Notes: generated from the letters alone by a model not told the origin. DNA of 45,286 bases from Oscillospiraceae bacterium (GCA_017473745.1 JAFUJP010000094.1:1-45286), one strand, 5' to 3'. Shown: positions 32,844 through 42,645, counted from the first letter of the stretch. A program made the numbers and translations.

Positions 32844-34226
32844 ATGGCATTTGAAGGATTATCCGACAAGCTTTCGGCTGTTTTCAAAAAATTAAGAAAC
32901 AAAGGAAAGCTTACCGAAAGCGACGTTAAAACCGCTATGCGCGAAGTTCGTCTTGCTCTTCTCGAGGCGGACGTCAACTATAAAGTGGCAAAGGATTTCG
33001 TCGCAAAAGTCAGCGAGCGCGCCGTTGGTGCAGAGGTTCTTGAAAGCCTTACCCCCGCGCAGCACGTTATTAAAATTGTAAATGAGGAACTCACCGCTTT
33101 GATGGGCGAATCCAACGCAAGGATTCAGTTCTCATCCAAAATTCCCACCATTATTATGATGGTCGGTTTGCAGGGTTCCGGTAAGACCACCCATTCGGGC
33201 AAGCTTGCCCTTCATTTCAAAAAAATGGGCAGAAGACCGCTTCTTGTTGCCTGTGACGTTTACCGCCCGGCGGCAATCGACCAGCTTAAAGTTGTCGGAA
33301 GCCAGATCGACGTTCCCGTTTTTGAAATGGGCCAGATAGAGCCTTTGACCATTGCCAAAAAGGCGGTTTCTCACGCAAAAGATTACGGCACTGATATAGT
33401 AATTCTGGATACTGCGGGCCGTCTTCACGTTGATACCGAGCTTATGGCTGAGCGTCAGGGCCTGAAATATGAATTCAAACCCGAAGAGATCCTGCTTGTA
33501 ATCGACTCCATGACCGGTCAGGATGCTGTTAACGTTGCTTCCGCTTTCAATGAAAAGCTTGGAATCACCGGCACCATTCTTACCAAGCTGGACGGCGATA
33601 CCCGAGGCGGTGCGGCACTTTCCGTAAGGGCGGTTACCGGTGCACCTATCAAGTTTATTGGTACGGGCGAAAAACTCACCGATCTTGAACCTTTCCATCC
33701 GAACCGAATGGCTTCGAGAATCCTCGGCATGGGCGACGTTCTCACCCTTATCGAGAGGGCAGAGGAACAGATGGACGCCAAAAAGGCTGAAGAAATGGCC
33801 AAAAAGATGGGTGAAAACACCTTTGACCTCAACGATTTGCTCGATCAGATGAAGCAGGTCAAAAAGATGGGTTCTCTCAGTTCCATAGTTTCCATGCTTC
33901 CGGGGGCAAAAAACAAGCTTACCGACGAACAGGAAGCCGAAGGAGAGAAACAGCTTCGCAGAACAGAAGCTATTATCAATTCCATGACAAAAAAAGAGAG
34001 GGCAAAGCCCTCGATCATTGATGCAAAACGCAAAAAAAGAATTGCAGCAGGTTCCGGAACGGAAGTTTCGGACGTAAACCGCCTTCTTAAGCAGTTCGAG
34101 CAGATGCAGAAAATGATGAAACAGCTTTCCGGCAACGGAAAACAGGGCAGAAAAATGCGCCAGATGCTCAGCCAGATGGAAAATCAGGGCGGAATGGGCG
34201 GCTTCGGCAGCGGAATGCCCTTTTAA
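32844..34226 (+). CDS. ffh: Signal recognition particle protein Ffh
   Basis: N/G domains with GLQGSGKTT, DTAGR, TKLDGD. Met-rich M domain at the C-terminus. 460 aa. Confidence 0.97.
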   Translation: MAFEGLSDKLSAVFKKLRNKGKLTESDVKTAMREVRLALLEADVNYKVAKDFVAKVSERAVGAEVLESLTPAQHVIKIVNEELTALMGESNARIQFSSKIPTIIMMVGLQGSGKTTHSGKLALHFKKMGRRPLLVACDVYRPAAIDQLKVVGSQIDVPVFEMGQIEPLTIAKKAVSHAKDYGTDIVILDTAGRLHVDTELMAERQGLKYEFKPEEILLVIDSMTGQDAVNVASAFNEKLGITGTILTKLDGDTRGGAALSVRAVTGAPIKFIGTGEKLTDLEPFHPNRMASRILGMGDVLTLIERAEEQMDAKKAEEMAKKMGENTFDLNDLLDQMKQVKKMGSLSSIVSMLPGAKNKLTDEQEAEGEKQLRRTEAIINSMTKKERAKPSIIDAKRKKRIAAGSGTEVSDVNRLLKQFEQMQKMMKQLSGNGKQGRKMRQMLSQMENQGGMGGFGSGMPF

Positions 34227-34299
34227 TCAAGGTCTTTAGGCGATAAGCCAAATGATAAACCAAGTCAAAATTTTTATTTAACCATAGGAGGAAAAAACC

Positions 34300-34542
34300 A
34301 TGTCCGTTAAAATCAGACTGCGCCGTATGGGCGCTAAAAAAGCTCCCTTTTACAGAATCGTAGTAGCAGATTCCCGTTATCCCAGAGATGGCCGTTTCAT
34401 CGAAGAAGTTGGCTACTATGATCCTACCAAAGAGCCTTCCGTAATCAAAGTTGACAAAGAAAAAGTTGAAAAATGGATCGCTTCCGGCGCACAGCCCACC
34501 GATACCGTTAAAGCACTTCTTAAAATCGAAGGCGTTCTCTAA
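34300..34542 (+). CDS. rpsP: 30S ribosomal protein S16
   Basis: [35 protein letters not shown]..; 80 aa. Confidence 0.97.
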   Translation: MSVKIRLRRMGAKKAPFYRIVVADSRYPRDGRFIEEVGYYDPTKEPSVIKVDKEKVEKWIASGAQPTDTVKALLKIEGVL

Positions 34543-34559
34543 TGCCGGAGGGTACCGCT

Positions 34560-34793
34560 ATGGAAGAACTGCTTGCTGTAATCGCACGCGGTCTTGTTGA
34601 AGATAAGGATGCAGTTTCTGTTACCGTTGACGAACCGGACGAAGAAGGTACCGTTGTTTACCATCTTCACGTTGCAGCTTCCGATATGGGCAGAGTTATC
34701 GGCCGCCAGGGCAAAATTGCCCGCGCCATCCGCACCCTTATGCGCACAGCCGCTAACCGTGCCGGCAAGAAAGTTGCTGTCACGATAGAATAA
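34560..34793 (+). CDS. KH-domain RNA-binding protein (YlqC/UPF0109)
   Basis: MEELLAVIARGLV...GRVIGRQGKIARAIRTL (GxxG KH motif). ATG at 34560 lies 6 nt after ggaggg; the ORF track starts at 34542. Confidence 0.85.
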   Translation: MEELLAVIARGLVEDKDAVSVTVDEPDEEGTVVYHLHVAASDMGRVIGRQGKIARAIRTLMRTAANRAGKKVAVTIE

Positions 34794-34864
34794 TCTTTGA
34801 AAAAATGATTCCCTCGTCAAAGCAATTTGACGGGGGAATTATGGAATTATGCGAGGTTTGATTT

Positions 34865-35377
34865 ATGAAAAAGCAATTTCTTGAAGTTGGCGAGATTGTA
34901 ACCGTTCATGGGCTTAGGGGCGATATGCGCCTTTATCCCTGGTGCGACCCGGGCGATATCGAACGCAGCGCAAGAATGTATATGGATGCAAACGGCGAGC
35001 AGGAATACCGCGTTATTTACGCAAAACCGCACAAAAACGTGTATCTCATAAAGCTCAAGGGCATTGATACCCCGGAGGAAGCGAGAAAATATATCGGTAA
35101 GATTCTCTATATGAACCGCGACGATATTCCTATGAAAGAGGGAGACTATTTCATTCAGGATATAATCGGTCTTAAAGTTGTTGATGCCGAGGGCAGGGTT
35201 TACGGCGAAGTCACCGATGTTGCTTCCACCGGCGCGAACGATATATACTGTGTTTGTGATGCGGAGAAAAAAGAAACCTGGATACCTGCAATTCCGCAGG
35301 TTATCGACAAAGTTGATATCGACGGCGGGATTCTGAGCATCACGCCAATGAAAGGACTTTTCGACGATGAGGATTGA
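34865..35377 (+). CDS. rimM: 16S rRNA processing protein RimM
   Basis: 170 aa: GEIVTVHGLRGDMRL.., with a PRC barrel C-terminus. Conserved position before trmD. Confidence 0.9.
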   Translation: MKKQFLEVGEIVTVHGLRGDMRLYPWCDPGDIERSARMYMDANGEQEYRVIYAKPHKNVYLIKLKGIDTPEEARKYIGKILYMNRDDIPMKEGDYFIQDIIGLKVVDAEGRVYGEVTDVASTGANDIYCVCDAEKKETWIPAIPQVIDKVDIDGGILSITPMKGLFDDED

Positions 35378-36056
35378 TATCGCAACTCTCTTTCCGGAAA
35401 TGTGTGAAGCGGTGCTCAGCACAAGTATCATCGGAAGAGCAAGAAGAGCGGGTTTTATCGAGATATACTGCCATAATATCCGGGATTTTTCCGAAGATAA
35501 GCATCAGCGGGTAGATGCGGCTCCTTACGGCGGCGGAAACGGCATGCTGATGCAGGCAGACCCCATTTATAAATGCTATGAGCACGTTTGTGAAGAAGCG
35601 TGCTCAAAACCTTTTGTTATTTATATGTCACCCCAGGGCACGGTGCTCAACCAACAGATGGCGGTGGATTTTGCTGAAAATTATGAGCACTTGCTGCTTA
35701 TCTGCGGGCATTATGAGGGCGTTGATGAACGCGTTATTGAAGAAATTGTCGATAAGGAAGTTTCCATCGGCGACTTTGTAATAACCGGCGGGGAGCTTGG
35801 AGCGCTTGTTCTTGCCGATGCGGTCGGCAGACTTTGCGACGGCGTTCTTTCGGAGGACGTTTGCTTCGAGGACGAAAGCCATTTTTCGGGTCTTTTGGAA
35901 TATCCACAGTACACAAGGCCCCAGGTATGGCACGGAAAAACCGTGCCGGAAGTGCTTCTTTCTGGCAATCATAAGCTGATTTCCGATTGGCGCCATGAAC
36001 AGGCTGTTTTGCGCACCATGCAAAAGCGCCCGGATATGCTCAAAAAAGAGGAATGA
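35367..36056 (+). CDS. trmD: tRNA (guanine37-N1)-methyltransferase
   Basis: MRIDIATLFPEM.., GGGNGMLM, LICGHYEGVDERV, GGELGALV; 229 aa. Overlaps rimM by 11 nt. Confidence 0.95.
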   Translation: MRIDIATLFPEMCEAVLSTSIIGRARRAGFIEIYCHNIRDFSEDKHQRVDAAPYGGGNGMLMQADPIYKCYEHVCEEACSKPFVIYMSPQGTVLNQQMAVDFAENYEHLLLICGHYEGVDERVIEEIVDKEVSIGDFVITGGELGALVLADAVGRLCDGVLSEDVCFEDESHFSGLLEYPQYTRPQVWHGKTVPEVLLSGNHKLISDWRHEQAVLRTMQKRPDMLKKEE

Positions 36057-36060
36057 TATT

Positions 36061-36783
36061 ATGTTCGGAACGATTGTAAACGTAATTGCCGTTGTTATAG
36101 GTGGCACCATCGGCCTTTTGCTGAAAAAAGGCATTAAAAGCGAGATAATGGATAACGTTATGAAGGCAGAGGGCGTTGCGGTGCTCATCATCGGTATGAA
36201 CGGCGTGCTCACGAATATGCTTTCTGTTGACGAAGGCGGAAAAATCACCGATAACGGCGGGATCATCCTGCTCATAAGTCTTGCTTTGGGCGCTCTTATC
36301 GGCGAGGTTGTTAAAATTGATGACAGAATAAACGGGCTTGGAAGCTGGGTCGAAAGCAAAATGAAATCCGACGGATTTTCAAAAGGCTTTGTTTCGGCAT
36401 TCATTATCTACTGCGTCGGTTCCATGAGCATTATCGGTTCCATCAACGATGGACTTTCCGGCGACAGCAGCGTGCTTCTGGTAAAGAGCACACTTGACTT
36501 TATAACCGCCATGGTGCTTTCTTCCACCATGGGTATAGGCGTTATTTTTGCTGCGGTTCCGCTTTTTGCATATCAGGGGCTTATCTCACTTTTTGCCTCC
36601 TACATAAAGCCGGTTCTCGAAGCTTCGCCGGATATAATGATCCAGCTTTCGATGGTTGGTTATGCCATAATCATGTGCATCGGCATAAACTTTATTGCAG
36701 GGCCGAAAATCAAAACCGCGAACCTTCTTCCTGCAATGCTTGTTCCGGTTATATATAATCTCGGGCTTTTGATATTTCAGTAA
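36061..36783 (+). CDS. DUF554-family (YqgA-like) membrane protein
   Basis: MFGTIVNVIAVVIGGTIGLLLKKGI.. polytopic membrane protein, 240 aa. The ORF-track start at 35995 lies inside trmD. Confidence 0.75.
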   Translation: MFGTIVNVIAVVIGGTIGLLLKKGIKSEIMDNVMKAEGVAVLIIGMNGVLTNMLSVDEGGKITDNGGIILLISLALGALIGEVVKIDDRINGLGSWVESKMKSDGFSKGFVSAFIIYCVGSMSIIGSINDGLSGDSSVLLVKSTLDFITAMVLSSTMGIGVIFAAVPLFAYQGLISLFASYIKPVLEASPDIMIQLSMVGYAIIMCIGINFIAGPKIKTANLLPAMLVPVIYNLGLLIFQ

Positions 36784-36896
36784 AAAACCGTTGTGTAACT
36801 TGTTTACAATGGTGGAAAAATTGTAGTGAAATTATACAAATAAGCTGAATAAATTCCCCGATGATATGGAGTTTTTATAGAAAATTACCGAATTCG

Positions 36897-36925
36897 TTGA
36901 ATTGGGAAAAATAAACTGTTATAAT
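36897..36925 (+). promoter_or_regulatory. Promoter of ptsH with an extended -10
   Basis: TTGAAT (36897-36902), a 17-nt spacer, then TGtTATAAT (36917-36925). Confidence 0.55.
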
Positions 36926-36968
36926 AAACACAACAATTAAAATATTGTTTTTTGAGGAGATTTATCAT

Positions 36969-37232
36969 ATGTATTCTAACGCTGTTAAAGTTCAGAACCA
37001 GGTTGGACTTCATGCCCGCCCCGCAACCTTCTTCATTCAGAAATCCAATGAATTCAAATCTTCCATTTGGGTTGAAAAAGATGAAAGAAGAGTTAACGCA
37101 AAAAGCCTTCTCGGCGTTCTTTCTCTCGGTATCGCAGGCGACACCGAAATCACTATTATCGCTGATGGCGTTGACGAAGAAGAAGCAGTCAACTCCCTCG
37201 TAAAACTTGTTGAATCCGGTTTTGCAGACTGA
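36969..37232 (+). CDS. ptsH: Phosphocarrier protein HPr
   Basis: His15 context VGLHARPA and Ser46 context NAKSLLGVLSLG; 87 aa. ATG follows tgaggag. Confidence 0.93.
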   Translation: MYSNAVKVQNQVGLHARPATFFIQKSNEFKSSIWVEKDERRVNAKSLLGVLSLGIAGDTEITIIADGVDEEEAVNSLVKLVESGFAD

Positions 37233-37255
37233 TTTATAAAAAAGCGAATTTTTTG

Positions 37256-37287
37256 CGCCGCAAGTAGTGATATTTGCGGCGTTTTTT
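37256..37287 (+). terminator. Rho-independent terminator after ptsH
   Basis: Stem cgccgcaa/ttgcggcg followed by TTTTTT. Confidence 0.75.
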
Positions 37288-37324
37288 GTTACAATAGAGG
37301 AAAGTATGCGCCCCTTAATGTATC

Positions 37325-37386
37325 CGTAGGGAACGCCCCAAGGGCACTTCTTCGCTGCGCTCGGGGGCGCAGGCGTTCCGTTTTAT
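37325..37386 (+). repeat. Dispersed hairpin repeat, family B (long variant)
   Basis: cgtagggaacgcc...ggcgttccgttttat, with a GC-rich insert in the loop. Confidence 0.55.
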
Positions 37387-37404
37387 AACACCGCTATGCG
37401 GCTG

Positions 37405-37455
37405 CACCTCATCCGTCATTTGCTTCGCGAATGCCACCTTCCCAACTGGGGAGCC
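37405..37455 (+). repeat. Dispersed intergenic repeat, family A (diverged)
   Basis: cacctcatccgtcatttgcttcgcgaatgccaccttcccaactggggagcc. Confidence 0.65.
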
Positions 37456-37478
37456 TTTTTTGAAAGGAGGCCGGAAAA

Positions 37479-39314
37479 TTGGATAACCCGAGATTGCCCT
37501 ATCTTCACGAAAAAACGCTGAGTCTTCCGATGGAACCCGGCGTCTATATAATGCATGACAAAATCGGAAAAGTTATCTACGTCGGCAAGGCGAAAAAGCT
37601 TAAAAACCGCGTGACAAGCTATTTTCGCAACGTTGAAAAGCATCTTCCGAAAGTTTATAAAATGGTGGAACACGTCCACGATTTTGAATATATCGTCACC
37701 GACAGCGAATTTGAGGCGCTTATTCTTGAATGCAGCCTTATCAAGCAGTATTCGCCGAAGTACAATATTTTACTTAAAGATGACAAAGGCTACAGCTACG
37801 TTCGCATTTCACCCGGGCCTTACAGCAGACTCAGCGGCGTTTTGCAAAAGAACGATGACGGCGCCGAATATCTCGGCCCGTATATCAGTTCCTATGTCGT
37901 GCGCCAGACAGTTGCGGAAGCGAACAAAGCGTTTATGCTGCCAACCTGTAACCGGAAATTTCCCCAGGAATTCGGAAAGGGAAGACCTTGCCTGAATTAT
38001 TACATCAAAAACTGCATGGGTGTTTGCCGGGGCAAAATTTCGGAACGGGATTACAATGAAACTCTTGAAGAAGCCATAGAATTTATCAAAGGCGGAAGCA
38101 CCGCTTCCGTTGAAAAGCTGACGGAAAGAATGTTCGCCGCGGCGGAAGCGGAAGAATTCGAGCGTGCCGCTGCCCTGCGCGACAGAATAAAGGCTATCGA
38201 GGGCATTGCCAGCCGCCAGAAGGTCGTTTTCTCAAAAGTGAAAGAGCAGGACGTTGTAGCGATAGCCAAAAGCGGCGAGAATTGCTGTGCAGTTGTCCTC
38301 AGCTTCAGAAACGGAAGACTTGTGGATAAGGATGAATATATCCTTAAAGATTTCGGCACCGAGCCGGCCTTTGTCACGGAATTTCTTCAGAGTTTCTATG
38401 CGGATAAGACGGAGATTCCAAAAGAGATAGCTCTTCACGAAAAATGCGAGGATGCGGAACTTATGGAGCGTTGGCTTTCGGAAAAATCCGGGCGGAAGGT
38501 AAACATAACCGTTCCGCAAAAGGGCGAGCGCAAGCAGGTTACGGATATGGCATATAACAACGCGGCGGAGCGGCTTTCGCATGAAAAACTGCGCACAAGC
38601 AAGGAAGTTGCCGTTCTTGACGAACTCGGGCGCATTCTTGGAATGGAAAAAGCGCCGGAAATCATCGAAGCGTACGATATATCCAACTTCGGTGCGGAAA
38701 CCGTTGTGGGCGGAATGGTCGTTTATGAAAATGCACGTCCGAAGCGCAGTGACTACAAGAAATTCTCTATCAAAAACGCTGTGGCGCCGGATGACTATGC
38801 CTGTATGTGCGAGATGCTCGAACGCCGTTTCAACCATTATTTTGAGGAAAAAGATAAGGGAACGGGTTTCGGAAGACTTCCCGACCTGATACTTCTCGAC
38901 GGCGGCAAGGGCCATGTTGCGGCGGTGCAGGAACTTTTTGACCGAATGGGAGTAACGGTGCCGCTTTTTGGCATGGTGAAGGATGACCGCCACAGAACCC
39001 GCGCCATCGCCAAAAACGGCGGCGAAATAGCAATTTCACCCGTCAGAGAGGTTTTTAATTTTGTAACGGCGGTTCAGGATGAAGTTCACCGTTTTACCAT
39101 CGGTTACAGCCGCCGGAAGCACGCTAAAACCAATTTTGAGATGCTTATAACAAAGGCGGAGGGCATCGGGCCGAAACGCGCCGCAGGGCTTATGAAGCAC
39201 TTCAAAACCATGAAAGCCATCAAAGCCGCAACGGAAGAAGAGCTTGCCGAAGCACCGGGAATGACCGCCGCCGCGGCGAAATCACTGAGGGAATTCCTCG
39301 ACAGCGAAGAATAA
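37479..39314 (+). CDS. uvrC: Excinuclease ABC subunit C
   Basis: TTG start 8 nt after aaggagg. GIY-YIG domain (PGVYIMHD..VIYVGKAKKLKNRV), UVR domain, and a C-terminal HhH; 611 aa. Confidence 0.95.
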   Translation: MDNPRLPYLHEKTLSLPMEPGVYIMHDKIGKVIYVGKAKKLKNRVTSYFRNVEKHLPKVYKMVEHVHDFEYIVTDSEFEALILECSLIKQYSPKYNILLKDDKGYSYVRISPGPYSRLSGVLQKNDDGAEYLGPYISSYVVRQTVAEANKAFMLPTCNRKFPQEFGKGRPCLNYYIKNCMGVCRGKISERDYNETLEEAIEFIKGGSTASVEKLTERMFAAAEAEEFERAAALRDRIKAIEGIASRQKVVFSKVKEQDVVAIAKSGENCCAVVLSFRNGRLVDKDEYILKDFGTEPAFVTEFLQSFYADKTEIPKEIALHEKCEDAELMERWLSEKSGRKVNITVPQKGERKQVTDMAYNNAAERLSHEKLRTSKEVAVLDELGRILGMEKAPEIIEAYDISNFGAETVVGGMVVYENARPKRSDYKKFSIKNAVAPDDYACMCEMLERRFNHYFEEKDKGTGFGRLPDLILLDGGKGHVAAVQELFDRMGVTVPLFGMVKDDRHRTRAIAKNGGEIAISPVREVFNFVTAVQDEVHRFTIGYSRRKHAKTNFEMLITKAEGIGPKRAAGLMKHFKTMKAIKAATEEELAEAPGMTAAAAKSLREFLDSEE

Positions 39315-39372
39315 CATTGACATTTAAATAGAAAAATAGGATAATAGAACTATCTCAAACGGAGGTAATTTT

Positions 39373-39918
39373 ATGAGAGTTATTACCGGAAACGCGAAGG
39401 GAAAACGCCTTGTAACGCCGGAGGGCAGGGAAGTTACCCGCCCCACCGGAGAAAAAGTTAAGGAAGGCATTTTTTCTTCCATTCAGTTTCTTATAGAGGG
39501 CGCGGATGTGCTCGATTTGTTTGCGGGCAGCGGCCAGCTTGGAATCGAGGCGCTTTCACGCGGGGCAAGATCCGCTGTTTTTGTTGACAGTGCAAAAGTT
39601 GCCCAGAAATGTATAGTCGAAAACCTTAAAAACTGCGGTTTTATGGATATTGCGAAGCTTAAAACCGGCGACGCGCTTATGTATCTTTCGAGTGCGTTCG
39701 AGAAATTCGATATCGCGTTTCTTGATCCGCCCTATGCGGCGGAACAGCTTCCGGTGGTGCTTCCGGCGGTATCAAGGGTTATGCGCCCGGGCGGCGTAGT
39801 CCTTTGTGAAACTTCAAAGACCATCGATCTGCCCGATGAAATCGGAAAACTTGTTAAAGCGAAAGAATACCGCTATGGAAGCACCAAGGTGCTTATGTAT
39901 AAACGCGGCGAGGATTGA
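39373..39918 (+). CDS. rsmD: 16S rRNA (guanine966-N2)-methyltransferase RsmD
   Basis: RVITGNAKGKRL..TRPT.EKVKEGIFS, DLFAGSG, and DPPY motifs; 181 aa. Confidence 0.9.
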   Translation: MRVITGNAKGKRLVTPEGREVTRPTGEKVKEGIFSSIQFLIEGADVLDLFAGSGQLGIEALSRGARSAVFVDSAKVAQKCIVENLKNCGFMDIAKLKTGDALMYLSSAFEKFDIAFLDPPYAAEQLPVVLPAVSRVMRPGGVVLCETSKTIDLPDEIGKLVKAKEYRYGSTKVLMYKRGED

Positions 39919-39919
39919 T

Positions 39920-40396
39920 ATGAAAAAAGCAGTTTGCCCCGGGAGCTTTGACCCCATAACGAACGGGCATATCGACATTATAAAAAGGGCGGCGGAGCTT
40001 TTTGACGAAGTGACCGTTCTTGTTGTGACAAATCCGGATAAGCGCTGTGTTTTTTCTCCGGAAGAGCGTTGTGAGCTTATTGCAAAGGCTGTCGATGACA
40101 TTCCGGGAGTTAAAGTGGATCGTTTCAGCGGGCTTTTGGCGGATTACGTTAAGAAAAATGAAATCAGCGCCATAGTCAAAGGTATCCGTTCTTCTTCGGA
40201 TTTTGAATATGAGTTCCAGATGGCTCTTGCCAACCGGAGCCTTGCGCCAGGCGCCGAAACGGTTTTTATAACCGCCGACCCGCAGAATATGTACGTCAGC
40301 TCGAGCCTTATCAGGCAGATAGCCGGTTTTGGCGGCGACGTTTCGGATTTTGTTCCGAAGGTAATTGTTGAGGAAATTGAAAAAAGACTTAAATAA
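39920..40396 (+). CDS. coaD: Phosphopantetheine adenylyltransferase
   Basis: MKKAVCPGSFDPITNGHIDII.. (the T/HxGH motif); 158 aa. The ORF-track start at 39806 lies inside rsmD. Confidence 0.93.
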   Translation: MKKAVCPGSFDPITNGHIDIIKRAAELFDEVTVLVVTNPDKRCVFSPEERCELIAKAVDDIPGVKVDRFSGLLADYVKKNEISAIVKGIRSSSDFEYEFQMALANRSLAPGAETVFITADPQNMYVSSSLIRQIAGFGGDVSDFVPKVIVEEIEKRLK

Positions 40397-40416
40397 ACAG
40401 GGGAGGACATAAAACT

Positions 40417-40905
40417 ATGCCTATTGAAGAGATTCTTGACCAGCTTGATGAACTTATTGACCGTTCGTGGTCCCTTCCGCTTACCGGCGGACGCTGTGTT
40501 GTTGATGCGGATAAGGTTCGCGAACTTCTTGATGACGTTCGCCTCAATCTGCCCACCGAAATAAGACAGGCCCAGTCCATCGTCGCGGACCGCACCGCCA
40601 TTGTTGACGAAGCAAAAAAAGAGGCCGAAGCCATAATTGCCCGTGCCGAAAAACGCGCGGCCGCTCTTGTTGAGGAACAGGAAATTGTTCGCCAGAGCAA
40701 GAACAAAGCCGCCGAAATCACCCAGCAGGCACAGCAGCAAAGCCGTGAAATGCGTCAATCCGCAAAGGATTTTGTTGACGGAATACTTAAAAACACCGAA
40801 GAAACCCTTGCGGCTTCTCTTACCGAAGTAAGAGGTACCCGTTCCGCTTTCAACCAGCAGCAGAAGGTTGCGCAGAACGCAATGCAGCCCAATCAGAAAC
40901 AGTAA
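40417..40905 (+). CDS. Coiled-coil protein of unknown function
   Basis: 162 aa, Ala/Glu/Gln/Lys-rich predicted long helix. Good RBS (ggggagga) and a terminator after it. Confidence 0.6.
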   Translation: MPIEEILDQLDELIDRSWSLPLTGGRCVVDADKVRELLDDVRLNLPTEIRQAQSIVADRTAIVDEAKKEAEAIIARAEKRAAALVEEQEIVRQSKNKAAEITQQAQQQSREMRQSAKDFVDGILKNTEETLAASLTEVRGTRSAFNQQQKVAQNAMQPNQKQ

Positions 40906-40909
40906 AAAA

Positions 40910-40960
40910 TAACACCCTTGCCGTGCCTTTATGAAATCGGGCGCCGCAGGGGTGTTTTTT
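40910..40960 (+). terminator. Rho-independent terminator
   Basis: 11-bp stem aacacccttgc/gcaggggtgtt followed by TTTTTTT. Confidence 0.6.
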
Positions 40961-41036
40961 TAATCATAATGTTGATAATTATGGGGCGCGGTTTTGGGCC
41001 GCGCCGTTTTTTTGTGATTTTTTGCGGGTGGGTGGC

Positions 41037-41717
41037 TTAACGTTTTTTGAAAAGTTTTGATTCTTTCCAGTAATCTTTATACAGAACTATCTCAGCAAAA
41101 AGGCAAACCGGCAGTGCGGCGAAAAAATCCACAGCGGAATGCTGTTTCAAAAACATGGTAGAAAGGCATATCATCGCAACAAAAAATATAATAAGTGCCT
41201 TGAACCATCTTGCGGCGGGTTTGTATTTAAGCCATACGGAAGCTATGCCAATGGAATACGCCACATGAAGTGAGGGGCATACGCCGGTGTTTGTATCAAG
41301 GGAATAAAGCATACCGGTGAGGGCAGTGAAGATGTTCTCTCTTTCAAAAAATTCCGGGCGGAGATCCTGCCTTGTGGGGAAAAGGATATACGCAGCCATT
41401 GCCAGCCCCTGAGTTATCATTATGAATATCTGAAGCTTTTTGAAGCTTTCAACGTCATATAAAAGAAAATAACCGAGAGAAAAAACAATAAGCAGATACC
41501 AACCGAAATAGGGGATTATAAAATATTCGCAGAAAGGTATTATATCGTCAAGAAAGCAATGGACCGGGTAACAGCTTTCCGCGGGGATGAGGTTTTCTGT
41601 AAGAAAATAAAGCGCAAAATAAACGATCCATCCCGAAAGCAAAAGAAGATGGGAATATTCGGGAGAAGTTATTTTTGAAAAGCGAAAGTTTCTGTAATCC
41701 ACAACGGGCTTTTTCAT
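41037..41717 (-). CDS. PAP2_C / sphingomyelin-synthase-like phosphotransferase-family membrane protein
   Basis: ATG at 41717 (MKKPVVDY..). About 6 TM helices. C-terminal CPSLHVAY and KQHSAVD motifs (SxH ... HxxD). Confidence 0.65.
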   Translation of the reverse strand: MKKPVVDYRNFRFSKITSPEYSHLLLLSGWIVYFALYFLTENLIPAESCYPVHCFLDDIIPFCEYFIIPYFGWYLLIVFSLGYFLLYDVESFKKLQIFIMITQGLAMAAYILFPTRQDLRPEFFERENIFTALTGMLYSLDTNTGVCPSLHVAYSIGIASVWLKYKPAARWFKALIIFFVAMICLSTMFLKQHSAVDFFAALPVCLFAEIVLYKDYWKESKLFKKR

Positions 41718-41733
41718 AAACGACCTTCTTTGT

Positions 41734-42462
41734 TCAGATATTTGTAACGTAATCCTTTTTCGGAATATTGTTATACGGAACAACTTTATGTTTAGGCAGA
41801 GAACGCGCGATTTCGGTTATTTCCCGCATGAGATATTCACATATTCTGCGGCGTTCTTCGTCGATAGGATTTTCGGCACAGAAACGGATGGGCTTTCCCA
41901 AATAAAATTCTTTGAGCGCGGGCGCGATATACATGGGAACAAAACAAAGCTCCTTTTTGGTGCGCTTGTAATAAAGCTTTGCGATATCGATGAATCTATC
42001 CTGAAAATCACAGATTATATTATTATACGGAATGTCGTGTTCCGGAAAAATTACAACGCTTGAACCTTCATTCAGTTTTGTTACGGTTTCTTTGAAAGTG
42101 GTTATTATGCGCTGGTCGCGATAAACTCCGATCGTGTTTGCGCTGTTGAAAATGCATACGGAAAGAGGCGCGATTATGTATGAAAGTATTTTATAGAACC
42201 AGCGAATTTTTTTCGGTTTCTTTGACCAGAAATCGGCAAAAGCATAGGAGGGAACTTCTTTAAGATGCATCATTTCTCCGTTGCACCAGGTATAGCGCTT
42301 TTTGGGGAAATAGAGTTCGCATACTATCGGCCCATGAAGCTGGGTATGATTGCCCACTATGATACAGGCTTCTTCGGGAAGGTTTTCTGTTCCGACTGCT
42401 TTTGTTTTGGGGTAAAACAGTTTTACAAACCATTTTATAACAAGATAAACAGCTTTTTTCAT
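41734..42462 (-). CDS. PlsC/LPLAT-family acyltransferase (lysophospholipid acyltransferase-like)
   Basis: VGNHTQLHGP (an NHxxxx block whose usual Asp is replaced by Gly) and VVIFPEH (FPEG-like) blocks; 242 aa. Lies 16 nt upstream of the PAP2-like gene. Confidence 0.65.
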   Translation of the reverse strand: MKKAVYLVIKWFVKLFYPKTKAVGTENLPEEACIIVGNHTQLHGPIVCELYFPKKRYTWCNGEMMHLKEVPSYAFADFWSKKPKKIRWFYKILSYIIAPLSVCIFNSANTIGVYRDQRIITTFKETVTKLNEGSSVVIFPEHDIPYNNIICDFQDRFIDIAKLYYKRTKKELCFVPMYIAPALKEFYLGKPIRFCAENPIDEERRRICEYLMREITEIARSLPKHKVVPYNNIPKKDYVTNI

Positions 42463-42499
42463 TTTTTCATCCCCTTTTGTTTAATCATATCTCAGAATT

Positions 42500-42577
42500 A
42501 TCAACTGAAAATCAACTGAAATGTAAAAAAGGCAAAAAATATTAATTATTCAATATAAAAGTTGATTTTCAGTTGAT
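42500..42577. promoter_or_regulatory. 18-bp perfect inverted repeat pair in the divergent promoter region
   Basis: atcaactgaaaatcaact (42500-42517) and agttgattttcagttgat (42560-42577), 42 nt apart. Each arm holds two TCAACT hexamers 11 nt apart. Confidence 0.5.
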
Positions 42578-42645
42578 TTTTTTGTAATATAATCTATATG
42601 AATATCGTCTATTGCCGAAAAACGGCAAATTGGAGGGGAAAAACC

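Noticed and set aside
34808-34839. Hairpin after the KH-domain gene (attccctcgtcaaa/tttgacgggggaat) as a terminator.
   Set aside because: No T-run follows it, and rimM begins 25 nt downstream in what is normally a single operon. It is probably at most an intercistronic structure, so it was not annotated as a terminator.
36061-36783. Absence of rplS after trmD, with a DUF554 membrane protein in its place.
   Set aside because: This is a synteny variation only. Nothing in the sequence suggests a deletion scar or a mobile element, and rplS may simply lie elsewhere.
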